A stretch of DNA of 64,000 nucleotides from a virus. The first letter of the stretch is position 1. Each line of letters begins with the position of its first letter. The DNA lies in IMG/VR virus record IMGVR_UViG_3300025133_000029, positions 1 to 64,000 of that record; one strand, given 5' to 3'. A program made the translations under genes and the position numbers. This document shows positions 36,959 to 47,360 of this stretch, piece after piece. The notes beneath the pieces are model-generated. The model had not been told where the DNA came from. It searched no databases and saw nothing but the letters and a program-made list of their open reading frames with translations.

Positions 36959-37981
36959 TTGAGAATTATTTTTTATCTGATGTTCTCTATCTTTCTCTTT
37001 GTTTCTGGAGATACTCTGGGAGTATCTAAGAAGGAAAGTAATCCTACCTCTCTTCAAAGCTTCTTCAAAAAGAGCGTAATATCAGATCGTGGACTGTTTT
37101 TATATATAGAGAGAGGTTTTCTTCGGAAGAAGAAGTTCTATATAAAGAGATACACATCAAACAGATGGAGCGCGGAGAGTAGCCACGGACGATACTGGCC
37201 TGCTTCAGTGGTAAAAATATGGGCTGCGCTGGGAGCAGTTTTGTTTGCAAATGAGCTAGGCCAGGATAGTCGTCTGGTTTTGCGTGGAAGAGATTCTCGA
37301 GGTGTTTTTTCTTCGAATGTTATCTCTCTCTGTCGTCAGACATTAATCAGAGGTGGGAACCTTTCTTATGACAGGCTTTTGCGATTTGTTTCTCCTGCGG
37401 TTCTAAACTCGGTATATCGTCTTCGGTATAAGTTGAGGCGCATGTGGGTTTCTCGATTTTTCTCTTCAAGATCTCGTCTAAATCGATTTTGGATAAAGAA
37501 TTCTCGAAAGAAGTGGAATATTCTTCTTCGAGGAAAGATTAGTATTTCTAAAAAGAATTCCATATGCCGTTCGAATTGCATTTCCTTTAGCGACGTGTCT
37601 TCCATTATGAGGAGACTTGTTTTTCACGAGCGTTTATCAAAGAGAAAGAGGTTTAGGATTTCCAGTTACGATTCTCTTCACTTGCGATTGGCTATGAATC
37701 AATCGCCGCTTCGACTTAGAAGTGTAATAAGGAAATCTTTGGGGCGGAATATTATTGTTTATGGAAAATCTGGAAATGTTTTTGGTAGGTCTCGTGTAGA
37801 AATTGCTTTAATTGAGAGGGGATTTGGTGAGTATTATTTCATTGGGGTATCAATGAAATACAGAGGGATTCATAGGAGGATGGGGCAAAAGAGTGCATAT
37901 AGGCATTTAGGGAATCAAATGGAACGCCTCATTGGAAAGGTTCTCCGATATATAAAAAGAAAGCCTGTGGATTTCAGGTAA
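36959..37981 (+). CDS. secreted serine beta-lactamase/PBP-fold protein
   Basis: Signal-peptide-like N-terminus; WPASVVK (SxxK), GGN (SxN position) and GKSG (KTG-like). Confidence 0.6.
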   Translation: MRIIFYLMFSIFLFVSGDTLGVSKKESNPTSLQSFFKKSVISDRGLFLYIERGFLRKKKFYIKRYTSNRWSAESSHGRYWPASVVKIWAALGAVLFANELGQDSRLVLRGRDSRGVFSSNVISLCRQTLIRGGNLSYDRLLRFVSPAVLNSVYRLRYKLRRMWVSRFFSSRSRLNRFWIKNSRKKWNILLRGKISISKKNSICRSNCISFSDVSSIMRRLVFHERLSKRKRFRISSYDSLHLRLAMNQSPLRLRSVIRKSLGRNIIVYGKSGNVFGRSRVEIALIERGFGEYYFIGVSMKYRGIHRRMGQKSAYRHLGNQMERLIGKVLRYIKRKPVDFR

Positions 37982-38020
37982 ATGCTCATAGTTGTGTTTA
38001 GTTAGAAGATATTTCTTTTT

Positions 38021-38899
38021 ATGCGAATAGAAAAAAACAAGGGAGTGATAGTAATGAATTCAAAGAATAACCTTTTGTATTATCTTGTAGATTGGAGTGG
38101 TGTTCCTTCTTATGTGCAGGGTTTAGCGGGAGATTTTTCCCAGGTTCGTGATATCAATCCAAATTGCGATTTGCATGTTGGATGCAGAGAAGATGAAGAG
38201 GGTTGGTTTATTCTGCAGGTTCCTTGTCCAACAGGAAGCTCTTATAGGATTCTGTGGTCGCAAAAAGATGAGTTGATTTCAAAGAGCGGACACAGGACTT
38301 TGAATCTTCATGTGATGGATAAAGCAAAGCGTTCGATCACTGCACTATTGGAGTGTAATGAAAAACTAAAGTTGTTTGTTCAAGATGATGACAAAGAAAG
38401 GATTGAAGAGTTTTCTGCAATCCTGCGCGGCGCACAAGGAACATGGGAAAGCTTAGAAGACAGCTTCCGATCTCATCTCGAGGATACCGCTCGTTTTGTG
38501 GGGACTTCGATGGGAGATAAGATGAGATATGAAGGATCTGGTGGTGGGGGAGATTATCTTTTACGATTGGTGGGTGAAATCTTTTTGGCGATTTGCGAGG
38601 ACGCAGAACTCTGCAAAGAAGGATTTTTGGATATACTGGGAAGTGTTTCGCCAGAGAAGGAAACGCCAAGTATTTTTTCTCCCTTGGTTCGTCTTTTGTA
38701 TTTGTTAACATCATGGAATGGGAATCTTGAAAAAGAGGAAGAAGATCTGCCTTCGGCAGGGGATGTCGTTTCTGATATAGACTTATCAAGGATCCGCCGA
38801 CAAAATCGGATTATTCGCAATATCTTCTTGGCCTCCGATGATGGGGTGGATTTAGATGAATCCAGACCTACTCTGAAGGAGGTGCCACCAACTTTGTAA
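38021..38899 (+). CDS. hypothetical protein
   Basis: 292-aa ORF. Confidence 0.6.
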   Translation: MRIEKNKGVIVMNSKNNLLYYLVDWSGVPSYVQGLAGDFSQVRDINPNCDLHVGCREDEEGWFILQVPCPTGSSYRILWSQKDELISKSGHRTLNLHVMDKAKRSITALLECNEKLKLFVQDDDKERIEEFSAILRGAQGTWESLEDSFRSHLEDTARFVGTSMGDKMRYEGSGGGGDYLLRLVGEIFLAICEDAELCKEGFLDILGSVSPEKETPSIFSPLVRLLYLLTSWNGNLEKEEEDLPSAGDVVSDIDLSRIRRQNRIIRNIFLASDDGVDLDESRPTLKEVPPTL

Positions 38900-38915
38900 A
38901 AACTAGGGGTGAGGT

Positions 38916-40868
38916 GTGTCTCGGCAGGTTTATTTTTTCTCTTTTCGGAATGTGCTTTGTTTTGGCGATGTAGAAGTTCATCTCGATGATTCGGGTGGGG
39001 TTGTTGGTGTTTTTGGGGAGAGTGATGATTCATCTGCTTTTGATAGTAATGGGTCGGGGAAAACATCGCTTTTAGAGGGCATATACTGGACGCTCTACGG
39101 TGTAACGATAAAAAAGCGGCTAGCCGACGAGGTGATACGCTGGGACTCCACAGGCGGGGCTTGTGGGGTTGTTCGCGTTCGTACCCATGATCGAGATTTT
39201 GAGATTTGCCGATATCGTCGTGACCCAAAATACAAAAATGATCTGATCTTACGGGAGAGATTGGATGGTTCTTGGGTTGATATTTCTGGAGAAGAAAAGA
39301 AAGACATCCAGAATAAGGTTTGCAAGGTATTGGGGATATCTGCGAAGCTCTTTATGCAGATTGTTTTCTTTGGTCGTGACCAGAGATTCTCCAGCTTGGG
39401 AGACGCTAAACAAAAACAACTTATTGAAGAGGTTTTGGGTGTCGATATTTATGAGAAATCTGCACAGGTCGTTCGAGGGAAAGCGAAATCTATTCGTGAT
39501 GATTTGGAAAAAATAGAAATTAGGATAGAAGAGCAAGATAAGTTTTTAAGGTCTTTGCGCGAACGAGTTCAAGAGGGAAGGTTGGCAAAGCAGCGTTGGG
39601 AGATAGATTTTGAATCGAGGGGAGACAGGCTCAGAAAAACAATAGAGGATCTTGATGTAAAATTGTTTGAGATAGACAGGGAGCGAAAGAGGGATGTGTT
39701 CGGTCCTGGCTTAGGTCCTCTTTCGCATGATCCTCTCTTGGAAGAATTGGGGGATGTGAGAAGTAGAGAATCGGAAGTGGGAGTATCTGAGAGTCGGCTC
39801 TCTGTGATGTATCATGCTCAAAGAAATGATTGGATTAGAGAGAGAGGTCGGTTACAGGGGACGAAAGACTCAATCAACAGACAGCTGGATAGAATCAAAA
39901 GCCTAATAATGCAGGGTCGCTGTGTTTCATGTGGTCAAACCATTTCTGAGGGCTATGCTCAAGAAGAGTCAACTGCTAAAAACGAAGAGTTGTTGGCGAC
40001 TAAAAATCAATTGTCTGATGTTTCTAAAAATCTGGGTATGTGGGATGAGGCGATGATGCTTGAGCAGTCCAAACTTCGTTCAGAAAGAGAGGAGCTTGAA
40101 AACAGGAGGGTTGCTCTGGAGTCTCAGATTGGAGCAATTGAGAAGCAGCAGTCTCGTCTAGAGCATCTTGATTATCAATATGAAGATGCTCTAGCTAGAA
40201 GAAAGGATACAGAAAGGAACTTAGCTCTTTTGGGAGATGGTCTATATCCATATCTTTCCAATCTGGAGAACGTGGAAGAAGAGTTGTTATCAGCAGAGGA
40301 AGTGCATAGGGGTACGAAGGAATCTATTGATCAATTAACTTTATTGTATTCAAAATACAAAGTCTTAGAGGGTGCCTTTGGAACAAAGGGTATTAGATCG
40401 TATCTAATGGAATCTTTTTTTCCAGAGTTAAATAGAAGGCTCAGTTACTATTCGGACATCTTGAGCAATGGGCAGATGTCTGCCTATTTTTCAGCTTTAT
40501 CAACTAACTCAAAGGGTGAGGAGACAGATGGAATTAGCTTGCGGGTGGTAACACCTCGAAGGGAGGTAGGTTATGACTCTGGAAGTGGTGGAGAGCAAAC
40601 AAGATTAGATTTACCGATCATCCTGGCCCTGCAAGACGTGGCAGCGTTGCGAGGAGTTTCTCTGGGATTCTGTGCATTTGATGAAGTTTTTGATCGAATG
40701 GATAAGTCTGGGATTGATGGTATTATGGAAACGTTGCAAGATGCATCGACTAGACCACACACTCCTAATATTTTTGTAATTACGCACAAGGATGATCTAG
40801 CTCTTCGATTCTCTCGGAAAATTATTGTATCTAAGAAAAAAGATTGCACTTCTTTGCGCAATGGGTAA
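38916..40868 (+). CDS. SbcC/Rad50-like ATPase
   Basis: NGSGKTS, coiled coils, CVSC zinc hook, SGGEQ, FDEVF and ITH. Confidence 0.92.
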   Translation: MSRQVYFFSFRNVLCFGDVEVHLDDSGGVVGVFGESDDSSAFDSNGSGKTSLLEGIYWTLYGVTIKKRLADEVIRWDSTGGACGVVRVRTHDRDFEICRYRRDPKYKNDLILRERLDGSWVDISGEEKKDIQNKVCKVLGISAKLFMQIVFFGRDQRFSSLGDAKQKQLIEEVLGVDIYEKSAQVVRGKAKSIRDDLEKIEIRIEEQDKFLRSLRERVQEGRLAKQRWEIDFESRGDRLRKTIEDLDVKLFEIDRERKRDVFGPGLGPLSHDPLLEELGDVRSRESEVGVSESRLSVMYHAQRNDWIRERGRLQGTKDSINRQLDRIKSLIMQGRCVSCGQTISEGYAQEESTAKNEELLATKNQLSDVSKNLGMWDEAMMLEQSKLRSEREELENRRVALESQIGAIEKQQSRLEHLDYQYEDALARRKDTERNLALLGDGLYPYLSNLENVEEELLSAEEVHRGTKESIDQLTLLYSKYKVLEGAFGTKGIRSYLMESFFPELNRRLSYYSDILSNGQMSAYFSALSTNSKGEETDGISLRVVTPRREVGYDSGSGGEQTRLDLPIILALQDVAALRGVSLGFCAFDEVFDRMDKSGIDGIMETLQDASTRPHTPNIFVITHKDDLALRFSRKIIVSKKKDCTSLRNG

Positions 40869-40919
40869 ACATAGGATGGGTCTAGGGGTTTTCTTTTATA
40901 TATAAAGAGTTGATGAGAA

Positions 40920-42107
40920 ATGAAAATTACAAGAAATAAGGTGGAGTTGAGTCTACCAAGACTTACATCTTTGGGTGAAGAGTTTGACCTTCCCGAAAGT
41001 CATTTCACACCAGGAACAATTGGACGCGTTTCTCAAATAAAGGGTCAGTCTGCGGGAAAAACGCATGTTATTCTTGATATAGTTGGTGGCAGAGCATTGT
41101 CATCACCAAGAGTGCAGGGTTCTGGAAATAATCAATATGAACAGGAAAGAGATAGACGTCCTCCGCAGATTGATATTTCAAGAATGCCAAATATGACTCC
41201 TCGTGATCGCTTTATGAATGGGACACAGAGGTTGGAAGGGGATGGTGGGACTCCTGTTTTTGCGTCTGGTGATCCTAGACCAAGAACAGGCCCTAACAAT
41301 CAAATTGTACAAAACTCTCCAGGAACGATAGACAAGTCGCTGGCGAATCCACTGGCGCAAGAGTTAGTGGCTGGGATGTTGGGTGGAGGTATGCAAGGGC
41401 AAGCAGTACCAGTCTCTCAAGAAGAGGCAGAGGCGAGAGGTTTGGTTGGGGGGGAGGAGGTTTCTCAACCAACTATTTCACACGACAATGCTAAACAAAG
41501 ATCCCAGGAGCAGAACGAAGCGTGGGCAGCGTCTGAATTTGGTATACAGGTAACTCGAGAACAAAAAAGCACTAGAACAAGGGGTGGGAGAAGAAAAAGT
41601 AGGTACTCTTCTAACTTTGTGGTTGGTGACGATGGTGATTACTTAAGACACCCAGATGGTTCGGTCATTAGACAGGAACAAGACGGGATTAGGGCATTGT
41701 CGAACTCTGGGGTTGGAGGGATACGTCCTCCACAGGCTAAAGAAGTTCAGGAACAATTTGTGCAGCAGGACATTCAACGTAGGAAGGCAAGTAAAAGTGA
41801 GGATGGGGCGCAGGTAAAATTTGAAGAGATGCCCGAGATGGACTTACTTGATGATCCTGAAGCATTGGAGAATTTGTTGTCGACTAATCCGGCAGGAGGA
41901 ACTTTGATTCCGGGTGTTCAGGGTGGGTCTGGCATTATAACAACAGGCAATGCTCATGTAGAGAGATCGCCTGTCAGTAATGTTCAAAGACAAACTCCCT
42001 ATCCTATTCCTCCTCATATGCAAAATGTTCCCCCTCCTTCACAACAGTTCTCTGGAATGATCCCGTTAGTCCCTGCTAATCCAGACAATAATGGAATGAA
42101 TAAATAA
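40920..42107 (+). CDS. low-complexity (Q/G/P-rich) hypothetical protein
   Basis: 395-aa ORF, probably largely disordered. Confidence 0.65.
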   Translation: MKITRNKVELSLPRLTSLGEEFDLPESHFTPGTIGRVSQIKGQSAGKTHVILDIVGGRALSSPRVQGSGNNQYEQERDRRPPQIDISRMPNMTPRDRFMNGTQRLEGDGGTPVFASGDPRPRTGPNNQIVQNSPGTIDKSLANPLAQELVAGMLGGGMQGQAVPVSQEEAEARGLVGGEEVSQPTISHDNAKQRSQEQNEAWAASEFGIQVTREQKSTRTRGGRRKSRYSSNFVVGDDGDYLRHPDGSVIRQEQDGIRALSNSGVGGIRPPQAKEVQEQFVQQDIQRRKASKSEDGAQVKFEEMPEMDLLDDPEALENLLSTNPAGGTLIPGVQGGSGIITTGNAHVERSPVSNVQRQTPYPIPPHMQNVPPPSQQFSGMIPLVPANPDNNGMNK

Positions 42108-42772
42108 TGTTTACTCATGTTTTCTTTGAGCCTCCTGTAGCTTGGGGACGTCCGCAATACAACAGAAGTTTGGGTATTTTTTATCCCCATAAGCCGTCTC
42201 AGAAGTTTGGTGAGCGTTTAGCAGAAGATGTTCTTTCATCTTTTGATCCTTCAGAGATAGAGCTTCCTCATTTTGAAGCAGGGAGACCTTTGGGAATAGA
42301 TTTGGATTTTGTATTGCCTCGTCCAAAGTCACTTAGGAGAAAAAAAGACCAGGGTGGTTTAATTTGGTTTGGGAAATCCAAGAAAAATGACTTGGACAAC
42401 TTAATTAAAGCTGTGTGGGATGGCTTGTCTAAGGTTATGTGGGATGACGATGGCAGGTTGGTGCAGAGTCGTTCTCGTAAGTTTTATGCAGAGAAGTGGG
42501 GTGCCCCTCGAATTTGTATGCGTGTGTACTACATGAGAGAGGAGCCGGTATTCTTGTGTACTGATTATGGTTTCTCTGAAGGATCCTGGGATGAATCTTT
42601 AGACTCTAAAGATTTTCTAATGATTGATGAGCCTTGCGAACAAGGTAAAGAGAGTTTAGTATTATCTAGAAATGAGGATGGCCATCTAGTTATGCCTCCA
42701 AGAGATTCTAGAGAATATGATGAGCTTCTTTGGTCTTTTATGAGATCGAGGTCGGGAACATTAAATGATTAG
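42107..42772 (+). CDS. rusA: RusA-like Holliday junction resolvase
   Basis: GRP; DLDNLIKAVWDGL...WDDDGRLV. Confidence 0.85.
   Translation: MFTHVFFEPPVAWGRPQYNRSLGIFYPHKPSQKFGERLAEDVLSSFDPSEIELPHFEAGRPLGIDLDFVLPRPKSLRRKKDQGGLIWFGKSKKNDLDNLIKAVWDGLSKVMWDDDGRLVQSRSRKFYAEKWGAPRICMRVYYMREEPVFLCTDYGFSEGSWDESLDSKDFLMIDEPCEQGKESLVLSRNEDGHLVMPPRDSREYDELLWSFMRSRSGTLND
42596..42612. repeat. 17-bp dispersed palindrome, copy 10 (inside rusA)
   Basis: TCTTTAGACTCTAAAGA, read as S-L-D-S-K-D. Confidence 0.95.
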
Positions 42773-42978
42773 GATTTTTTAGCAATGAAGAGAAAAAATA
42801 GTTCCTCAAAAGGGTCTGATGCAACTAAGGCTTCTAGTGGTTCGGCGAATAAATCCGGGGAGAGCTTTTCTGCTAATTCGGGAAGTCCTCCGATCATACC
42901 AACATGCGCGTCGTGTTCACAATTGCTTACATCTTGTCGGTGTAAAGATAACAATTTGCAGAAGTAGGGAGAGGGGCT

Positions 42979-44703
42979 ATGTTGGGGAGTGCTCCGACTC
43001 CAGAGTCTGATCGTATTGTTCTTGATATTCCGCCGCACATTATGCGCAAGTATATGGAGCGGCGTTTGTCTTTGTGGGCAGAATTTTCAGGAATATATGT
43101 CGATAGGCGTCGTTTTTCTTTTGATGGTCATCAGTATTTGATGCCATTATTTGATGATAGATCGGAGCATATAGTGTTACTGAAGGCAGCTCAGATGGGT
43201 GCCACTGTTTACATGCTCGTTAAGGCGTTTCACATGGCTCTGTACCCACAGAGTTGGGGTTTTGATATTCCGATAAAGATCGGCTTTTATTTTCCCGAGG
43301 CGAGGGGGATTGGGCGAATAGTAAGAGACCGGGTGCAACCTATGTTGGAGTCCTGTTCTGATTTGCGTCCCTACTCAAGAGAAGCACGCCTGGATCTAAA
43401 GCCGGTTGGAAACTCGACTTTGTATTTTCTTTATATGGGTGGTCGGTCCTCCAAGGACTCGGTTCCTCTTAATGCTCTATTTATTGATGAGGTTCGACTC
43501 GTTAATTTACACGATGTTCATCAAACAAATTCTCGACTTTTGCATAGTAAACCCTATAAATTTAAAAATTATGTCTCTACGGCAGGGATGCCTAATAGCG
43601 ACATACATAGACTGTTTTTAAACACAGATAAAAAATGGTTTCATACTATTTGCCAACATTGCGGGACGGAGCAAATTCTTGCACAGGAGTTTCCTGAGTG
43701 CATTGCGGTTCCTGCACCTCACAGCACAGTCCAAGAATATTACTATATCTGTAAGAAACCAACCTGTCGGGGAAGGATAGAAGATAATCAGTTTGGAATG
43801 TATATAGCGGAAAATCCTGGACATGAGTATTCTGGTTATCACATAAGTCAGCTTATTTCTTATAATATTACGCCAAAAGAAATTTGGGAAAGATATAGAG
43901 ACACTACAGATTTCAAAGGTTTCTATAACGATATTTTGGGTCTTCCTTATGTTGATACAAAAAACAAACCAATATCGTTGGATATGCTTGATGATTTTGT
44001 AAATCCTTTCTTGGAGTGGGGCGACAAGTGTGGTGGTCCATACTATGCAGGAATCGATCAAATGATGGGCTACAACTACATGTTTATCATTGAACGACCC
44101 GCGGATAAAAAGTGGAGAATTGTTTGGTTTGAAATCATAGAGGACGAGAAACCATTCAGACGCTGCGCGGAGTTAATGGAAGAGTTTGATGTTCGTGTTT
44201 GTTTATGTGATGCACTTCCGAACGCCACAGAAGCTCTAGAGTTTGCAAATCATTTCAATAAAAGAGTTTTCTTGGCTTTTTCAGGTCAGTTTAAGGACCC
44301 CATAAGCTGGGAGGACGATCACAAGACGAAGAAGAAGCACAAAAAGGCTTCTCCTGAGACGTTTGGCAAATACAAAGTTCTTATAGATGCTTATCAGAGC
44401 TTGGATCATACATTGTCTCGTTTAGGAGAGGGTTGTGTGGAGTGGCCTGATCCAAGAGGACATCTTATTTCTTGTCACCCTTACAACGGGGGGCGCGTAG
44501 ACCATTATCCGATTATGGAGACCCATGCTTATCATCACTTTGATTGCCCGGTAAGAGAGCGTGTTCTTATAGAAGAAGAGACCGGAAAGTCGAGGATGCG
44601 ATGGAACTTTGCAGGGATACAAGATCCGCATGCTCTTTCGGCTTTCAATCTTGCTATGTGGGCATCAGAGAGAAAGAAGAGTACTTTTTCATTTTCATTC
44701 TAA
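42979..44703 (+). CDS. terminase large subunit (GpA-like)
   Basis: LLKAAQMGAT Walker A, FIDEV Walker B, VST, CQHC...C zinc site, LGLPY and nuclease GID...D. Confidence 0.85.
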   Translation: MLGSAPTPESDRIVLDIPPHIMRKYMERRLSLWAEFSGIYVDRRRFSFDGHQYLMPLFDDRSEHIVLLKAAQMGATVYMLVKAFHMALYPQSWGFDIPIKIGFYFPEARGIGRIVRDRVQPMLESCSDLRPYSREARLDLKPVGNSTLYFLYMGGRSSKDSVPLNALFIDEVRLVNLHDVHQTNSRLLHSKPYKFKNYVSTAGMPNSDIHRLFLNTDKKWFHTICQHCGTEQILAQEFPECIAVPAPHSTVQEYYYICKKPTCRGRIEDNQFGMYIAENPGHEYSGYHISQLISYNITPKEIWERYRDTTDFKGFYNDILGLPYVDTKNKPISLDMLDDFVNPFLEWGDKCGGPYYAGIDQMMGYNYMFIIERPADKKWRIVWFEIIEDEKPFRRCAELMEEFDVRVCLCDALPNATEALEFANHFNKRVFLAFSGQFKDPISWEDDHKTKKKHKKASPETFGKYKVLIDAYQSLDHTLSRLGEGCVEWPDPRGHLISCHPYNGGRVDHYPIMETHAYHHFDCPVRERVLIEEETGKSRMRWNFAGIQDPHALSAFNLAMWASERKKSTFSFSF

Positions 44704-44710
44704 ACTAAAA

Positions 44711-44727
44711 TCTTTAGACTCTAAAGA
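44711..44727. repeat. 17-bp dispersed palindrome, copy 11
   Basis: TCTTTAGACTCTAAAGA after the terminase stop. Confidence 0.95.
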
Positions 44728-44744
44728 TTCTCGGGAGTGTTTTC

Positions 44745-45038
44745 GTGAAACGAGAAATTTATACGTGCGATTTTTGCAAAGAAGATTTTGACCCCAAAGA
44801 AGGAGAAATAAAAGAAAAGCTTATTGGTGTAGATGTCTTTCCGGGTGGGTTTGATCGGAAGTGGATGAAAACATCTCTTTTTTCTGCAAGTAGGCATGTT
44901 TGTGTTATGTGTTTGACTGATTTTTCACTACTTTTTAAAGAGTCACAAGAATCAGTCCACGATGTGTTGGAGAATGCAGAAGAAGCCGTGGAAGAAGTTG
45001 AGGGAGGTGGTGCTATTGGTAAAGAGAAAGTGGGGTAG
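44745..45038 (+). CDS. small zinc-binding hypothetical protein
   Basis: CDFC...HVCVMC. Confidence 0.55.
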   Translation: MKREIYTCDFCKEDFDPKEGEIKEKLIGVDVFPGGFDRKWMKTSLFSASRHVCVMCLTDFSLLFKESQESVHDVLENAEEAVEEVEGGGAIGKEKVG

Positions 45039-45040
45039 GC

Positions 45041-45316
45041 ATGGGAAGGAGAGTTTCCTTATTGGAGCTTAGTGCGATCCATACGGCCCTTGGGCTATTG
45101 GGTCGTAAGATATTTCGCATAAAGTGTTGTAATAGCCTAATGCAACAGGTTGATGTCAATAGTATAAGAAGGAGTGATACAACAACACCCTTCAACTTTA
45201 GTAAACTAGTATTGAGGTGCAGTGTTTGCACTAGAGAGATTCAGCTAGATCTGTTTCTTGGTAGATTTCCTGTTTATATGGCATCAAATTATTTATCACA
45301 TGACAACGGGGATTAG
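45041..45316 (+). CDS. hypothetical protein
   Basis: ORF with CC...CSVC. Confidence 0.45.
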   Translation: MGRRVSLLELSAIHTALGLLGRKIFRIKCCNSLMQQVDVNSIRRSDTTTPFNFSKLVLRCSVCTREIQLDLFLGRFPVYMASNYLSHDNGD

Positions 45317-45322
45317 AAGAAA

Positions 45323-45661
45323 GTGCCGATTGATATAAAAACACCATTTTGTTCTTATTGGGTTGATGTGGATCCATCGAGATGTCCCGATGGTCCGGTT
45401 GAGAGAGAGATATATCCAGAAGACCTGATGCTGTTTATTATGAATGGATATTCTCCAGATGAGATTGCAGAGAGTTTATTTGCTCCAATCGATGCGATAG
45501 AGCATGCAATCATGCTCATCCCAAAAATGATGGCATGGCGTCGAGATCATTTGGCTAAAGAGTCTGCGGATTTTGATGCCAAACGTTTACCCAGTCTTTC
45601 TGAGGAGTATAGGGTGCCACATGCGAGAGATAATGTTTTGGTAAACGAAAAAATAGATTAG
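45323..45661 (+). CDS. hypothetical protein, possible HTH
   Basis: GYSPDEIAESL...IEHAI. Confidence 0.5.
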   Translation: MPIDIKTPFCSYWVDVDPSRCPDGPVEREIYPEDLMLFIMNGYSPDEIAESLFAPIDAIEHAIMLIPKMMAWRRDHLAKESADFDAKRLPSLSEEYRVPHARDNVLVNEKID

Positions 45662-45694
45662 TTTTTTCAATAGACATCGGGGATTTGAAAAAAA

Positions 45695-46327
45695 ATGGCA
45701 AAGAAAATAAAACGTATTGCACTTATAGGTAATAGCATTCTTGAGGAGGAGGATTGGCAGGCATCTTTGGTTAGTCAGGTAGGGGATTTATTTTCAAAGT
45801 TTTGTGATTCTGAAAATATGGCTCTTGATTTCCCTTGTAGTGTTTCGCCTGCATACGTTCCATTTTTTCCGCGCGGAATTGCTTATGTTGATCATATCAA
45901 AAGAGGGCAGGAGCTTGTTATTGCATCGGCATCTGATGTTACGGTTGTTCTCAACTTAGGTCATTCCTTTGATGGTGGAGGTCCAGAAGATCATCATTTG
46001 GAGGCTTTAATTCAAGCTTCGAATCTTTTGATAATATGGACCCCTACATCAGTGCACGTTGATGAGGTTTTACCGAATGATGTGGTGGGGAAAAATGCGG
46101 GGGTAATACCAGTAAGTGGCTCTGTTGGGGTTCTTGCGGCGGTTGTGTTGTATATTTGCTTAGAAAATGATTGGTCACTACAATTGAATACGCCAATCTC
46201 ATTGGCCTTGGGTGAATTTAATGACGATTCTGATTCTTTAGATTCTAAAGAAGAGGTTGAATTAGAAATAGAAGTTGAAATTATTGAAAAGTTAAAAGTT
46301 CCCGAGCCTGAAAAGGGTCTTCAGTAG
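45695..46327 (+). CDS. hypothetical protein
   Basis: 210-aa ORF. Confidence 0.6.
   Translation: MAKKIKRIALIGNSILEEEDWQASLVSQVGDLFSKFCDSENMALDFPCSVSPAYVPFFPRGIAYVDHIKRGQELVIASASDVTVVLNLGHSFDGGGPEDHHLEALIQASNLLIIWTPTSVHVDEVLPNDVVGKNAGVIPVSGSVGVLAAVVLYICLENDWSLQLNTPISLALGEFNDDSDSLDSKEEVELEIEVEIIEKLKVPEPEKGLQ
46235..46251. repeat. variant palindrome copy (central T) inside a CDS
   Basis: TCTTTAGATTCTAAAGA, read as S-L-D-S-K-E. Confidence 0.85.
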
Positions 46328-46422
46328 TTGTTTTCACTTGAATATTTTCTTTGATCTTTTTTCTTTTTTTAGATAGTTTGTGAATCATCTTCTCATTTAT
46401 TGTACGTTTTCTGGAGAAAGTA

Positions 46423-46743
46423 ATGAACAGAGCAGAGTTTTTAGACAAAATGTTTATCTCACAACTGGGAAGTGGCAATAAAGTTTTTGAGCGAGCGGAG
46501 CTTGAGGAAGCTTTTGATTTATTTTCCATGGTTATGCAGAACGTTCTCCTAGAGGGAGATGTTGTATATTTCAGAGAGTTTATGAAAATATCTGTCAAAA
46601 GAACTAAGCCAAAGGTTGGCAGGAATCCACAGACTGGTGATTCTATTGATATTCCAGCAAAGAATATTCTAAAAGTAACTCTTATGGATAAATTCGATCA
46701 GAGGTTGAATAGTTTGCCCGAGTATCCTTTAGCAGGCATATGA
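46423..46743 (+). CDS. HU/IHF-family DNA-binding protein
   Basis: MNRAEF...KPKVGRNPQTGDSIDIPAK. Confidence 0.88.
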   Translation: MNRAEFLDKMFISQLGSGNKVFERAELEEAFDLFSMVMQNVLLEGDVVYFREFMKISVKRTKPKVGRNPQTGDSIDIPAKNILKVTLMDKFDQRLNSLPEYPLAGI

Positions 46744-46750
46744 TAGATAA

Positions 46751-47335
46751 ATGGGTGTGATCGTTAGATTCTTCAGAATATCCTCACCAATTATTCAGAG
46801 GGATTTTAGGATGGGTTTCCTTATTGACTCAAGACCATCCTTAGTCAAAGAGAATAACGAGAGAGAAGATATTAAATCGAGGTTAGTATATTGGGATAAA
46901 AAGGTTCTCCAAGCTCCTGGTCGTGATTCAAAAAGACATTTCTTCGAAGATATAGAAGAGGGTGGTGAGGATGAGATTCCATCTACATTATTGGGAAAGG
47001 GAGTAAACAGGGAGGCAGGGGATGAGGAGGTAATAGAAAGACAATACGCTCTTCTCCCAAAGAAAGAAGAGGAGAATGAGTTTATCCCGATAGATAATAT
47101 ACGTGTTCCATTACTGGGGGCGCAGACAAAGGGTGCGGCAGTAAGGGCAATCTTTTTGAAAATAATTGAGCATCCAGAATACAAGTCTTCAGGGGTCGTG
47201 GGTTTCTTTATATGTCCTCTGGATGTTCCTTCAAAGAAATTGATAAATGCTTCTTCGTTTCAAACATCTGTAGCATTTTTGGATTCAAATTATTTGGATT
47301 TATGGATGGGGGATTCGTATCAGGTATATATCTAA
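46751..47335 (+). CDS. hypothetical protein
   Basis: ORF; start uncertain. Confidence 0.5.
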   Translation: MGVIVRFFRISSPIIQRDFRMGFLIDSRPSLVKENNEREDIKSRLVYWDKKVLQAPGRDSKRHFFEDIEEGGEDEIPSTLLGKGVNREAGDEEVIERQYALLPKKEEENEFIPIDNIRVPLLGAQTKGAAVRAIFLKIIEHPEYKSSGVVGFFICPLDVPSKKLINASSFQTSVAFLDSNYLDLWMGDSYQVYI

Positions 47336-47360
47336 GTAGAGGAATGGTGGGTGTAAAGAA

